A stretch of DNA of 58,191 nt, counting the filler, from Perkinsus olseni (taxonomy: Eukaryota): assembly GCA_013115125.1 (NCBI GenBank). It is 4 parts of 4 records of this genome, joined end to end, with 100 filler letters (N's around TTAATTAATTAA, not from the genome) between each part and the next. Parts side by side here need not be neighbours in the genome. Positions count along the whole stretch, not along the records: positions 14,617 to 29,125 come from JABANN010000729.1; positions 29,226 to 43,722 come from JABANN010000730.1; 2 more parts are not named here. One strand, given 5' to 3'. Under the pieces are notes generated by a model. The model ran no database searches and had not been told where the DNA came from. It was given only the letters and a program-made list of their open reading frames with translations. Within the stretch, counting starts at the first letter, position 1. Each line of letters opens with the position of its first letter. The translations under genes and the position numbers were made by a program. This document shows positions 23,433 to 35,917 of this stretch, one piece after another.

Positions 23433-24731
23433 TTAGATAGGCCAAATGCTGCGTTCCACCCAGGTGTTGCAGCTCCACCCGTCTCTAAGACTCTCGTTCT
23501 TAGCACTCTCGAACTTCTCCTGCGTGACAGTAACATCTGGGTCCATACGCAGAGCCGATTCCCGCCGGTAACACCTCGGGAAGCTGTTGAGCAGCAATAT
23601 AGCAAGGCAAACATTCTCGTCAGTGGACGTTGTCGTTGTAACCTCCAATCTCCGGAGATTTATACACGACTCAACAAGATTGAGCAAGTCAGTGAGGTGC
23701 CTGCCTTTGATGGCCGGAAGCTTGAGAACCTCCAGAGAAGAAGTCAATTGGCTGCGTACAGCCAGCTCATCCAACTCGATTTTTTTGATACCCTTCATGT
23801 TCAGGTACCTCAATCTAGAATGAGCGAAACTTCGCAGAATCTCACGATCGACCTCACAGGACCCGTCCAAAGTAAGGCCCTGTAAATGCGCGACCTCCCC
23901 TAGGCTGCACAGTATCAGTCCGGTCTCTCCAGAGCGGATCCCAGACAAGCCGATATACACCAAAAACTCGCATTTACGCAGGGCGCTGACCATTCTGCCG
24001 AGCTCTTTGTCATTGCATCTCGCGTAGAACCGAAAGTCCCTTAAGCTCCTCCGTGAAGATAGTACTGCTTGCACAACACTATCGGCGAGATCAGAGTAGG
24101 ACACCACCCATCCAGGATAGATTCTCAGCCGCAAGGACAGAAATTCCCACGGCCTCGATAGCCAATCCATATGAATTGGCCCGCTGCCAACTTGTAGAGC
24201 CAGATCGAGCTGAACAAGCCCTGGCAATCCCTGGAGCAAGACTTCTATAGACTCCCACGACGTCATTGCGTAGCTGCGGCACTTGAGTCGTCGGAGGGAC
24301 CTAGGCCCTATCAAGGGCGGGTCGAGCACGAGGTTGAGGTCTGGTAAGGTGAGTGTCTCAACATAAGTGAACTCACACGGTTTCCCCGGAATGAGACGGC
24401 GAAGACTGGCGGTGACAGCCGGAGAATCTCCGCCGAGAAGAATAAGATAAGCGAGGTTTTTGCCATACCGCCTCGGAACCTCGGTGAGATCAACATGTCG
24501 GTGCACGGCAGGCGAAGACTGAATCAAGCGCAGCAGTGCCCTGCACGTAAGACGCAGCCTCAGCAGTGTTGGTATAGTGGGAAGGAAGCTTAGAACGTTG
24601 CTGATGAGTAGGTCCGCAGGTAGTGCTAGAAGAATAGACGCTTCGAGGACCGGTTCATTGAGCTGCAGCTCACATGGCATAGCCATTGAAGAATCCTCAA
24701 TAGTCGCAACTTCGAGAGCAATATGAGTCAC
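23433..24731 (-). CDS. F-box / leucine-rich-repeat protein, intronless
   Basis: F-box LLALPADLLISNVLSFLP..LLRLRLTCRALL followed by LRR-like repeats (LPGLVQLDL, LQGLTLDG, LRYLNMKG, LEVLKLP, CINLRRLEV). The true start is probably at MAMP. Confidence 0.85.
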   Translation of the reverse strand: MTHIALEVATIEDSSMAMPCELQLNEPVLEASILLALPADLLISNVLSFLPTIPTLLRLRLTCRALLRLIQSSPAVHRHVDLTEVPRRYGKNLAYLILLGGDSPAVTASLRRLIPGKPCEFTYVETLTLPDLNLVLDPPLIGPRSLRRLKCRSYAMTSWESIEVLLQGLPGLVQLDLALQVGSGPIHMDWLSRPWEFLSLRLRIYPGWVVSYSDLADSVVQAVLSSRRSLRDFRFYARCNDKELGRMVSALRKCEFLVYIGLSGIRSGETGLILCSLGEVAHLQGLTLDGSCEVDREILRSFAHSRLRYLNMKGIKKIELDELAVRSQLTSSLEVLKLPAIKGRHLTDLLNLVESCINLRRLEVTTTTSTDENVCLAILLLNSFPRCYRRESALRMDPDVTVTQEKFESAKNESLRDGWSCNTWVERSIWPI

Positions 24732-24813
24732 ATCACAAGATCGGAGTCGGGTTATTTCGCTAGGATATAATTATGATATTATCATATATGCCATATGATG
24801 TCAATGATTGAGA

Positions 24814-24904
24814 CTCAACCCAGTGAATACTGTAATAGTATTCACTGGATTGAGGTGGATGATATCACGCACCGTGTGTGAATGGTATTACTATTCACAC
24901 ACGG
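24814..24904. repeat. Two near-perfect hairpins with 1-nt centres
   Basis: 20-bp arms at 24814-24854 (2 mismatches) and 16-bp arms at 24872-24904 (1 mismatch). Confidence 0.9.
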
Positions 24905-24999
24905 AAGATGATATTCATAGCCTACCCACGCCCTGAATTATTGACGGTTCATTCTCAGGGCCTGTCTTCTTTCAGGGCATTCTCAGTACTCTAGGCTGC

Positions 25000-26710
25000 A
25001 CTCTCTATCTGAGCGCTCTAGCTCATTGGAATTCGTCATGAAATCAGTCACGCGTTTCCAGCCTGCAACAGCTGACATGTGAACAAGCAGCGTTAAGCTG
25101 ACGGTCAGCTGCCGACCTGAAGCGCAGTTTGGTCACCACTTCAGTCCTGCACACTCGAGGCTGACCTAAGAAAGTCTAGAACGACGAGGAAGAGGAAGAT
25201 CCAGGTGTAACCGGAACCGCAGAAGCATTGCCCCAGAAACACGCATCGTCAGCCTGCAGCGAAAACAAAGTTCTCGGAACTTCCTTCAGCGTAGATATCA
25301 GATACCTAAGCTGCAGTTTCCTACTGATTTGCTGAGATTCTAAACACCCGATCAAGGAATTGAACGTGTTGTGCTCAACATGAAATGGCCACTGCAATCC
25401 GTCAAGCCTGAGGTTCCTCACTGACGTGAATCTCATCACCGAGGTAATTTCACAGTGATTCAGCTGAGAAAGAATATAGAAGCGATGATCGCCGGTTTCA
25501 CATGCACGCGTAATACCTGCCACTTACACTCAAACTGCGCCACAGCTACTGGGCCAATATCTCCACTCCGTTCGGATATAGCAGAACTGATCATTATATA
25601 TTCAGCTATCATTTCCGAACCGGTAGCACGGCCGTCAGACAGAGTGTAAACTCTTGGAATCGCTTTGAAAGTTTGCACTCGTTTGACGGGTGGGACCAGT
25701 TCTCATCATAAGGGGAAGCGATGAACGCAAGGAGAATTGATAGACTCAATCCTAGGCTGCCACATCCGACTTGGAAGTCCCGAGGAGCTCTTTTGTAACT
25801 TCCAAGAAATCCTCGGCGGTGGCAGCCTCTCAACGCGCTCCTCATACATTTCATAACCAGAAGGTGCCAGACGGAGTCCGCGGTCTCGCGGCGCAGAGCA
25901 CTAGTAGTACTGCACTGGGTAATACCCAGTGGGTATTGCAGCAGCATCAAACACTCTGAGACCCCACTCAAACACAGTTGCACAGTACGATGCTATGAAT
26001 GTAAGAACTGGCATCGTGGAAAAACTCAGTCGGGACGCTACGTTATGAGCCGCTTATCGTAAGTGGAGAGATCCGGATGGCGGAATTTTCGCGGTAATTC
26101 CAATAACAGATTGTTGATGTGGGTGCAGAGTCCACGCAGCTTTAGAATAGTGGTCCCTACGGAGAGATTAGTGAGCATCCAGTCCACAATAATATCAGAA
26201 GGTATAACCCGAAGCTGAAGACACGCAGAGCTCAAGTAGACGGGCGTAGCACCGAAAGACCGTAGGCGATCATTACATATGAGAATTGATTCTCCTTGTG
26301 GATGAACACTTGGCCGTGATGAATAAGACATCTGATTCTCTTCTTTCAAGCGGATCGAGATTCCTGCCAATCTTAAACCTCTTCTATACTCGAAATCCGA
26401 CTCACTATCGTCCCTTTCCGTCGGAGTTAGTAAACCAGTATTTGCAGCGTAATGCTTCTAGCCTATTACGACAGTTTGATCTCATCATGCCTGAGCAGCC
26501 TGGGAACGTTAATCACTAGTGAGCCATCGAGCTGAGTGGAGACGGGCTACTCCAACCGAAACAAAAAACGCAGACAAGTTTGCCCCGATCCAGGCCTTAG
26601 ACTCTAGGGTCCCTAAAATTGCTTGATGTTGAAACCTTCGTCTATGATGAGCTTCTTGGATCCCACAATTCTTGAGACCATCAGTGGAGTGCCCTGTATA
26701 ATGGTCCATT
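25000..26710 (-). pseudogene. Probable decayed LRR-type gene
   Basis: Fragmented frames with LRR-like pieces (VRNLRLDGL, LQLRYL, TILKLRGLC) on the same strand as the adjacent F-box/LRR gene. Confidence 0.35.
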
Positions 26711-27065
26711 ATTAATGGAGACCATATTTACAACCAATTTATTCGTGAGAGCGATAATCCGCATAGCGGGAAGTGAGAATAAGTCCGAATCACTCGTTTC
26801 CCCGTTTCTCCATCCCTTGCTCCGGTATTTAAGGGTGACATTCTGTCGCCCTTCGAGGTTAACTGTGATCAGTCATACGCAACAGCGACGGTCGGCAACT
26901 CTGTAATAACATGAGGAGCGAATCACCATACGCTAAGTCTCATCTCTATTACGTACACAGCGATACCATCGATCAGAATGTCGGGCGACGCAAGGGTGGC
27001 TAACCGCACCTCTCGGATTTGACTTATCCTCGTGTTGTGAAGTGTTGCTTTCTGGTATCAACATA

Positions 27066-28089
27066 ATGGGCTGGTTCTCCTCATCTCCCTCCGAGCCATC
27101 TACTGCTAACGACAGTACTCCCCAAGAGGTACTCGTCCGTCGCGGGTCGTTGTAGGGCTCTTATCAATCGCTTGAGCGGTGATGTCATAGCATGGCAGGC
27201 GCGTGGGCTTGATTCTGCCAGGCAGTCGATCACATCGTGATCAACAGGCCGTTATATCGTGACCGCTCAGTATTGTCGAATAGGGTGCACATCTAGTCGT
27301 GGGATAACCTGATGGCTTCGTCTATGTTTGAGGGTCTGTAATAGAGACTATCCTGAACCCTTCCATTATCAGGTTGAACACACCCCTAGAGAGCAGGCCA
27401 TGAGATCAGTTCTCTCGGCAAGGATGAGAATGATGGACGAGATCGACAAGGTCGGTGCGGCCATGTCGAAGAAGACGCTTGCGGTAATGAAGGGCCGATC
27501 CGTGGACGTATCTTCGACGTGTTTGCGTGTCTGCCCCCGTAGCGTGTTGAAAATGATCAACGATGTCGAATGGAATTTGAAATGGTGATGTGCCTTGACT
27601 GAGCCTGGGGATGTCCCGCGATTCCACCAAAGAATTTAGGAGTTAGTCCTAAGGTTGTATGCAACGCACCGAAATCGACGTTGTTGAGACGCTCTCGGGC
27701 AGTAAAGGCGTTGTAGTTGTCAACTACTTGTTGAATGACTCGGCTTACAACGGGATTCATTTCTGCCGGCCGTAACGCAAGGCTGATTTCGGGCACCCTC
27801 GGAAGGCTATTTCGAGATCCCGTTTACCACGGCTGCGCGTCTCCAAACCGGCGCTTGCTAGTTACGTCGCCGGACGTTTCAAGGCGGCATCAACTGCATC
27901 GATAGCTGTAACGGCGATCCTGATGTGGCCGATAGGTACGAGGAGGACATCATATCAGCGTAGTTCTATGTTTCCCAATCCACCAGGTGCATTGATGACG
28001 TCCAGAAGGATCTATCGCAAGTAACCGACCTGGCAACAGCTTTCGGGGAGGATGTCATGAAGAGGGTTGGCGAATGCATGGAGAAGTGA
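27066..28089 (+). CDS. Small helical Cys-containing hypothetical protein (weakly FAM136A/DUF842-like)
   Basis: MGWFSSS start; exons DYPEPFHY..., VLKMINDVEWNLK, GINCIDSCNGDPDVADR|CIDDVQKDL...VGECMEK*. One junction may need a GC donor. Confidence 0.55.
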
Positions 28090-28165
28090 CTTCACATCGG
28101 CAACTGGTCGAAGGATTTCCCCTCATCTCACACAGTGATCAAAATCGACATTAATTCCCGTCAGA

Positions 28166-28559
28166 CAATTCGTTATGCAGTGGGAATTCCGAGTACTCGG
28201 TCGGCAACTCATTTGACCATTCAGAATTGCACGCGAGGGGTTGTTATTTTGGTCTGACGATGTGGCAGCTTTATCGCTTCAGTTGTATGGGTAACGACAA
28301 GACTGCTGCCGACTGGCAGGCGATGGAGGACTCGAAGTATATTGAGCGAATGAAGCTTGTCGAGCGATGCTATGACGACCAGGTAGTCGTTATAGATTAC
28401 TGCCGCGCAGGACTGCCCCCAAAGTTTGTTCCGTTCGCTCCCCCCTGTGGTTTCCTGGTCATTGTCGTTATGAGAGTATGTCAGATACCGTTTATCAAGG
28501 GTGAGGGATCACGTAAATGGGCCACTCAAATCGATGAGGTTTTGAAGAAGAGCAATTGA
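28166..28559 (+). CDS. Small hypothetical protein, start not resolved
   Basis: Spliced frame YAVGIPKLHARGCYFGLTMWQLYRF...CYDDQ|IPFIKGEGSRKWATQIDEVLKKSN*. Confidence 0.45.
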
Positions 28560-28608
28560 CTTTCCTTAACTTCTCGCTAATTGCACTGCCGTTTCTTGAG
28601 TGAAGGAA

Positions 28609-29125
28609 ATGTTGAGCATTAGTGGCAATCTGGATGATCTTCTTAGGCTTAGTCTTCCCTCTTCTTTGTTGTTATTGATGAAGCCAGTGTCCAGTCAAGT
28701 CCACGAGGCCTTCGGTAAAGCATTGAGGACTACCATGCCCTCGACACTGCAGGTAATAATAATCGGGATGATAACAGATGCCACTTGAATGATGGTGGTA
28801 GGCTTCTTGTCCCGACCCGATGGTCGCTACGGCGAATCCTAAATTTGGTGATTACCAATGCAACAACGCGATGGGATTGGCCAAGAAGTTCAAGTCGGAA
28901 CTTCCTGATGGAATGAAAATCCCAAAACAAATCGGCGAGAAGATCAAATCCAATTTGATGGAAGGTGAGTGGAAGAGCAAGTGTGACGCCATGATGCGTG
29001 ACGATGGTCAGAATCCCCTGAGGAGTTTGAAAGTGTTACTGTCGCCCCTGCCGGCTTTGTTACGGTGAAGCTTTCTTCTGGATGGATCGCCAAGCAGTTG
29101 ACGTCGAGTGTAACACAGAAGATAC
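28609..29125 (+). CDS. RARS: Arginyl-tRNA synthetase, N-terminal (Add-1) domain, truncated by gap
   Basis: PKFGDYQCNNAMGLAK, PKQIGEKIKSNL and VTVAPAGFVTVKL motifs. Confidence 0.88.
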
Positions 29126-29225
29126 NNNNNNNNNNNNNNNNNNNNNNNNNNNNNNNNNNNNNNNNNNNNTTAATTAATTAANNNNNNNNNNNNNNNNNNN
29201 NNNNNNNNNNNNNNNNNNNNNNNNN

Positions 29226-29295
<70 letters not shown>
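29226..29295. repeat. (ACT)n microsatellite
   Basis: About 23 perfect units at the contig edge. Confidence 0.95.
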
Positions 29296-29300
<5 letters not shown>

Positions 29301-29390
29301 TCATAGCCCTTGCGTTACTCGAGTAATCCAATCTCGCCATGCCCGAGTGAACCGACTGGTTTTGCTCCAGGGCGGGTGATTACCTCTTCG

Positions 29391-32164
29391 ATGTCTGAGG
29401 CAACTAGCGGGCTGCAGGAGATCATAGAAGTCCCGGGAGTGAACTCTCTCGAGGGCCGGGCCAGCGCGATGCCGACCTACCTAGGGCTCGGCCCACCGGA
29501 TCTCTGCAGGCTAACTAAGGTAGTGCCGTCCTATGGGAGAAGTCGCGATTGCCCGACCCCATACTGCCTGCGTACTCAACCCGTTGCTGCGTGTGCTCAT
29601 TAGCTCTCTTATAGACTGAATTGCTTTCGGCTTTTGCTATTTTGGTCTTGGTTTCTTCTTCTACTTGTATCGGTCAGAATTGGTGTAGATACCGAAGAGT
29701 AGTAGGAAGAGTGCAGAGAAGGGGAGGCCAAGCTACTTCCACTATGTGGTCGGAATCGACGTCGGCAGTGCATCAGCAATATCGGGTTACATATCCAACT
29801 TGATATCTCGGCAGGTGGGTCGGAAACTGGCCGCCGTAGTCACTTAGGATCCTCTCAGGAGGGTGTTGGCTTTCTGGCTAGTTCGGCCTTCAAGATCGAG
29901 TCCGGTGTGTACTGCTCCTGGGATGTATTCCATCAATGTGATGTCCGTGTAGAGGTAGGATAGGCGATTTGGGGAAGGAGTGGTATCAGTATGTTGCTCC
30001 CGGCCCTGAGGTACGACCTGGTGGCTACCCAGCGGTACGAGCCTTTATGGTGGACTGTGATGGCAACACCGTGGAGGAGATAGGGAGATCGATCTGGGAG
30101 GTGAGGTAGTGAGGGCGATAGGCCGCTCCTGCTGCCTTCCTGGAGTTGATACTTCTCAGGGGGTACAGCTTTCGGCATGGCTGAGGTCCATCAAGCCACC
30201 GATCGTACCGGGCTTAGTCGTGGGAGGTGTATGCCCAATACGTGGCGTCCCAGCTAACTCAGAGGTACCTCAGCCCTCCAGAGTACTGGTTAGGAGGCGG
30301 GAAGCTGTCAGATGCTGCGAGACTTCATCACACTTGCCTCCAAGTTCATAACGGCAAGCTCCTCCTTTGCTGGACCATCAGGGTCCCTCTCTCCCACTGA
30401 TATCTATGCCCACGAGGAGGAGGGAGATGTGGGACGCCTTGGCACTACCATAGTCACTGAGGTCATCGCAGACGGTCTCATCAGGAGCAGGTACTACGGT
30501 AGTAGCGAGGAGCGATCGCCCTGCACCGGTGCCTGCTACTCGAACATGATGAGCATGTACCACGCTAGGCCAAGTGATTGTAGCATCTTCCTTGATACTC
30601 GTCTTGCCGCTATAGAGTCCTCCAGGCTACCCTGTTGTGCAACAGAAGAGTAGCGTCGTCATCACTCTACAGTCCCTCAGACGGCTACGGTTGTGCCCAG
30701 AAGTCTTCAACTCCCTGCAGAGTGCTGCGCCACATGTGATGATTCATATCGCCAGGAGCTATCGTCGGATGGGTATTAGCTCCAGGCCCGAGCCTTCCTC
30801 GTCGCCACCATTTTTCAGGTCGATTGGATGCTTGCATGTCGGCCTTGGCTCGGTGTCTGCATGAGATCCCAGCTGATGGTCATGTTCTGCACTACCAGGC
30901 CAAGACGCTGCTGGCCATACCGGACGACCCAGCTGCCTGGGAGCTAGCTATCACCGCAGCACGCCTCGCAACGGAGTCGATACCGATGGACCCTAAAGTC
31001 TGGGCTACGCTGGCGGAGGCTTATAGACGGACGCTCAATTTCGAACAGGCCCTCATGGCCTTGAACAACTTCCCTACCAACGAGGGGGCTGAGGTCCCCT
31101 GGACAGGCGATGAGAGCATTCCTTGGAGCCTAGGCATCCCCGATGTCAGCCAGTGTCAGCAGACTATCCCTGACAAGAAGCATGCCGGTGGGAATGATCC
31201 GGTAGTAGGGTACTTGTGCCTCGACCCTATTAGACAGACCCCGGCCTACGAGATGCTACCCAAGCTGCAGCAGCGTGGCCTGGACGAGAACGACCGGATA
31301 GTGCTGGGCCGAGGAGTTGGCTTCAACTCTCACTTGGACGAGGGACAGTTTGTGTCGGCGTTCGAGGGTGATACGGCGGCGCAGGGCAGTACAGGTCAGA
31401 TGACCGAGTACGAGGCGAGGATCTATAGCGTCCTTGTTGGCATCTGCCAGGACATTGGGTGGGACTTTTTGATAGTGGCTCGAAGTCGTGTGTTCATTAT
31501 GGATGACGATGGTGCTGAGGGCACTGAGGGTGTGGATCTGAGGGAGGTGTACAGACAGAGACAGCAAAGGCTCAGTAGTAGGCCACGGACTGTGTCTGAC
31601 AGTCAGCGTGGCGACACGGCCCCGACCAGCAGGGCACGGGCCTTTAGGAAGCGCTTGTGTAGTAAAACCTTGGAGAGGCTTTTCCGTCAGCTATTCGTGG
31701 ATCTGAATCAGTCAATAAAGTGGCAGCAGGAGGTGGCCGACGGGCAAGTGCCTCGAAAGAGTTGTGATATGTGGTGCTACTTGGCTGGTCTGGCAGAGAG
31801 GCTGCAGAGCGGCGATGCTACACTAGAGTTGGCCTGTCGGATGATCCAGGCGCACGGTTGCTGCCCTAGGGCCTCGACGATGCTGCTACGGCTCTACACT
31901 AGGAGGAGAATGACATGCCCAGCGATAACGCAGGCATTAGGCATGATACGAGTATTCCAGTACAGAGCTGGAGGCCAGGCCCCCGTGCCCCTGTGGCTGC
32001 TGGACCAAGTGGCTGATCTTGTGTATACTGTTGGACTGAGCGTTGTGAGGCAAGAGCTCGTGGCTGCGAGGGGCGAGCGTACGGAGTTGAGAGAGGATGA
32101 GAAGGCCTTGGAGAGAGTACTAGAAGAGCTTGTGAGTATGGAAATTGATGGTATTGAACGATGA
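29391..32164 (+). CDS. ChAPs (Chs5p-Arf1p-binding, Bud7/Bch1-like) exomer cargo-adaptor family protein with TPR region
   Basis: GLGPPDLCRL, FHYVVGID, IESGVYCSWDVFHQCDVRVEV, and TPR-like WATLAEAYRRTLNFEQALMALNNFP, later GWDFLIVARSRVFIM and RKRLCSKTLERLF. Confidence 0.85.
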
Positions 32165-32259
32165 CCTTTTTCTATATCCCGTCCTTGGGTTCCTGTAGGC
32201 ATTACCGGACTTCCTGATAGTTTTTTTTAAGTCCCGAAGGCGGCGCTGGTGCTACAATA

Positions 32260-34786
32260 ATGGCTACTGGCGACCATCGGCTGTTATTACTACTGGAAGT
32301 GTCGCCGTGGAGGTTGTCCTCACCGCTGGCCACCCCTGAGCAAATCGAAGAGGAGCTACAGGCCAGTCTAATGCGGTTTCTGCCTGGGAAGAATGTCCCC
32401 GATAACCCCGTCGTGAGCCTCCATCGCACTCGTTTGTTGTCGCTTGACATCGCTCATCTGTAGGGTATGAGAATGGCTGTACGAGAAGCCGCCAGCAGTA
32501 TCCTGTACGGGACTAACGATGAGGCGGAGGCCTTCAACAACACTCTAAAGGAGAAGTGAGGGAGCAGAAGGAGGGGAATTTCGGGGCGCGCGACACTTCG
32601 ATTCCAATAGATTCCTGGAATCGGGCGTGAACTCCTATCAAGTGCGTATGGCCAGGTACTCCTCATTTTTATCGGCTTTGGTACAGGCTGTCCGGGAGTT
32701 GACGCCGGTGGCCAAGGCCGCGGACCAAGTCGAAGTGGGATTCTTTCATGACGTGACCTGTGAGGAGACGTTGTGCAGTATCAGCAGCCAGTGGTGGAGG
32801 GGAGTCACCAGCCCGTTTATCTTTGGAAAGGGACAGTAAGAGACGTGCGTTTCGGTCTTTCCAGCACTGCCTTCTCCGTGTAGATATGACCCTGAGCGAG
32901 CGAAGGACTACATCATTGGTACTGGCCGGGAGATTCCTCCCCCTCCTCCGGCCCCGCTATGGTGCCAAGTGGAGGCTTCCGCTGCCTCTAGGGTTCTCAT
33001 TATCACCATTGGTGGCGACTCAGCCAATTCCCAGCTCGCTCACCCGCCTGTCAGCCGAGCCCGAAGGCATCTTGGCGAGGATCTGCCACACATCTCTGTT
33101 TTGCACCTCGGGCCCGATCCGAGCACTGAGCACCTGGCTGAGGTCGAGGACTTGTGCGCTGCTACTGGTGGTTTTCTGTTAACCTGCGAGTCTATTCACT
33201 CTGTGGCCTCCACCATCAGCAGCCTGACGCAAGCCTTCCTCGCCAGAACTGAAGGCTTGTCGCGGCTCTTGCAGCAGAGGCGAGAGAATCATGCCAGGCT
33301 TGACAAGTTAAGGGGGTGCCATGCCGAGCTGCTGCCTAATGGCACCGCTAGTGCGGCCTGCCCGAGAGGAGCGCTGCTTCCCAGTGCTCGCATGCTGGAG
33401 GGCTTACGGGATGTCACTCAGTCTATACCCTGGCTATGGGGCCGAGCCATCCGGGAGTGGCGAGCGTGGGCCTTTGGCGTCCGTGATGTGGCGTTCTCCG
33501 AGCCCGGTCCTCTGGGATTGGACGTAGCGGCCCCTCCGCCGTCCTGGCGGGTCGCAGCCACACATCCCCCTGCCAGCGTTTTGGCGTTACCACCACAGAC
33601 ACCTATCACAGCAATAGGGTCAATGGCGATAACACGATCGACTAGCCGGCGCACCTTCAGTAGAGCCCTGGCTATGCGGCCGGTAGGTCTCACCCTCGGT
33701 GACCCCTACATCAGGGACCTCCCCACAACGCTGGTCGGCCATCTGGCCTGCCTTGTCGTGGCGGAGGTCATGGCAGCTCGGGTAATCGAACCGTACAAAC
33801 ACAATCCCCCGCCGGTCCCCTTGAAAGACCAATCGACGGGCCTCAGCGTGGACGGTGATGTAGCTGGTCTTCCTACTAGAGTCCTCGTGTTGGTGGTGGA
33901 GTACGCTTGTGACCTCTTGCTGGTGGGTAGACTAGGGCTGTCCTGCAAGGCGATGCATCAAGCCATCCTTGTCGATTCCCGGACAGATCGGAAGTCTCCG
34001 GGCTCCAAAATGATACGCTACTGTCTGCGTAATGGTGCTCTCAGTGGACGAGCATTCCGGGCTGCATTCCTGGCTTGGTGCCATGCTGATATCGCGTCCA
34101 AAGACACTGATAGACAGACGTTCCTCGCAGAGGTCTGGCTCGGTTTTTCGCCGACTGACGCTCTTGCTCAAGTCGCTACAGAGGACCTGCGAGGCAGCAC
34201 AGCAGCTGTTCCCTCTGATTGGCTCTGTCTCCATCGACGGCGGTGCCTTCGACGGCTCAGCCTCCTAGTAGACTTGGCAATGCCTGCGTACTTCGGGGCC
34301 TTGGACGGTCGGCTGGCGGGGAGGTTGAGGGCCGAGGGCGTCAGCGTCGAGCTAGCGGTGGCGAACCTGGCCATCACCACTGGACTGGGTGGTGCTGGTG
34401 TGCTGTCTGACGTGGCTGCTTGGGAGAGTATCTTCTGGTCGGAGAGTGAGCCTTTGTGTGAGTTGCTCTTCCCTCTGAGACTTGTCATTGCGGCGATATT
34501 GGTGCACAAGCAGTGGGTATTGGAAAACACAGCTGAGAATGTGAGGAGGGCTTCGGAAGGCTCCACAGTAGTCGATCTCATTGTCGTGGATTCCCGAGAA
34601 ACCGTCAGCCAACCTGCCGAGATAGTTACCCTAGCTCTTGTGGTTCAGGTGATGCGTAAGCTGATGGACGTGCAGACCTTCCAAGACGCCATCGTGATCT
34701 CCGAGGCCATACGTATCAAATTGAATCGGAAGTGGCTGAGCGAGTGGAAGAGTGTACAAGGCCTAGACCCCAGCAGTGCCGCTTGA
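32260..34786 (+). CDS. Multidomain hypothetical protein: vWA-like, PDZ-like, F-box-like and degenerate TBC-like segments
   Basis: RVLIITIGGD..ISVLHLG..LCAATGG (vWA-like); VAFSEPGPLGL..ITAIG..RPVGLTL (PDZ-like); LPTRVLVLVVEY..LGLSCKAM (F-box-like); LAGRLRAEGV..AWESIF..LRLVIAAIL (TBC C-terminal-like). The terminal exon is a 605-aa ORF. Confidence 0.6.
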
Positions 34787-34885
34787 TTTCTTCGTCCAGT
34801 TTGTTGCGCTGTCCTGCAGAGGTTACGGTGCCGCTCCTCGCAGTTGTTCTGATATTCGTCTTTGTATCACTAGCGTCATCGATAC

Positions 34886-35917
34886 ATGGTCTCACGTTTT
34901 CGTCTCGGCTTCGGAGTAACCATGCTGGCCGTAGCAGCGGGCCTCTACTATAAATTTGGTTATCTTTTGAGTCTGCACTCTATTAAGGTTAATAGAGACT
35001 GGATAGCTGCTGAGGTAAGGGCTGAGTCGCTCGTTACTTCCTTCTATGGGCGGTCATCCCTCGCAGGTCGAGAGGAACTTTTGGCTGTCGGCATGTATTT
35101 ACATGCTTGCGATGTGCCTCGATATCGGTCTCACAATACCGGGAGCGACTACCCTGTCATTCGCGGGAGGGCTTTTCTTCGACCAGCCCTACGCGGCCAT
35201 ATTTTCTTACATGGGGTGGGTAACGAGGACGCTCCGCAGCACCAGCCTTTATGACCTTTCCGCTCCGTCAGGTATGTTATTGGAGCGTGCGTATCGTACT
35301 TGCTGGTCCGAACAGTACTCGCAGACTTCGCAAAGTGGCTATTGAATACGGAAAGTCGGTTGTACAAGAAGTTGGAGAGGAACTTGAAGAACAATGCATT
35401 CATCTATCTCATCGCTGCAAGATACACATTGGTCGGTCGTCGGACTCTATACGCGGGCAGCTCCGTGCACCTCGGCTTCCCTTTGTAGGTTTTCCCTTTC
35501 TGGTTCGTCAATGGTTGCGCGGCGTTAATTGGTGTGCCATTCACCACCTTTATGTCGGCCACCGCCGTTGCAGTGATACCGGGCTCTGTCCTCTACACTA
35601 CTGCTGGCCGCGCCATGACCAACGTTCTCGCCACTCTGGACCAGGACACGAAAGTCTCTGTGACTGATGTAAGAGAGCCTTCAAGCGATCGAGTCCTGAG
35701 ATGTACGGCTGCCCGATGTCTGCAGGTTCTGATACAATCGATGGGCTCGGACGACGTGAGAGCTTCTGCAATGTCCCTCGCTGTTTGCGGTATTATCCCT
35801 GTACTGATGAAAATACGAAGCCACCGGAAGAAGATGGCCAAGGCCCACAATGAGGCTGGTGGGCTTGGGAAGGCAGCGAGCGAGGAGACTTCTCAACAGC
35901 AGAAGAAAACTTCTTAG
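34886..35917 (+). CDS. VTT/DedA (SNARE-associated Golgi, TMEM41/TVP38-like) membrane protein
   Basis: TIPGATTLSFAGGLFF, IGACVSYLL, YLIAARYTL|VFPFWFVN..LIGVPFTTFMSATAVAVIPGS across GT-AG introns. Confidence 0.9.
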
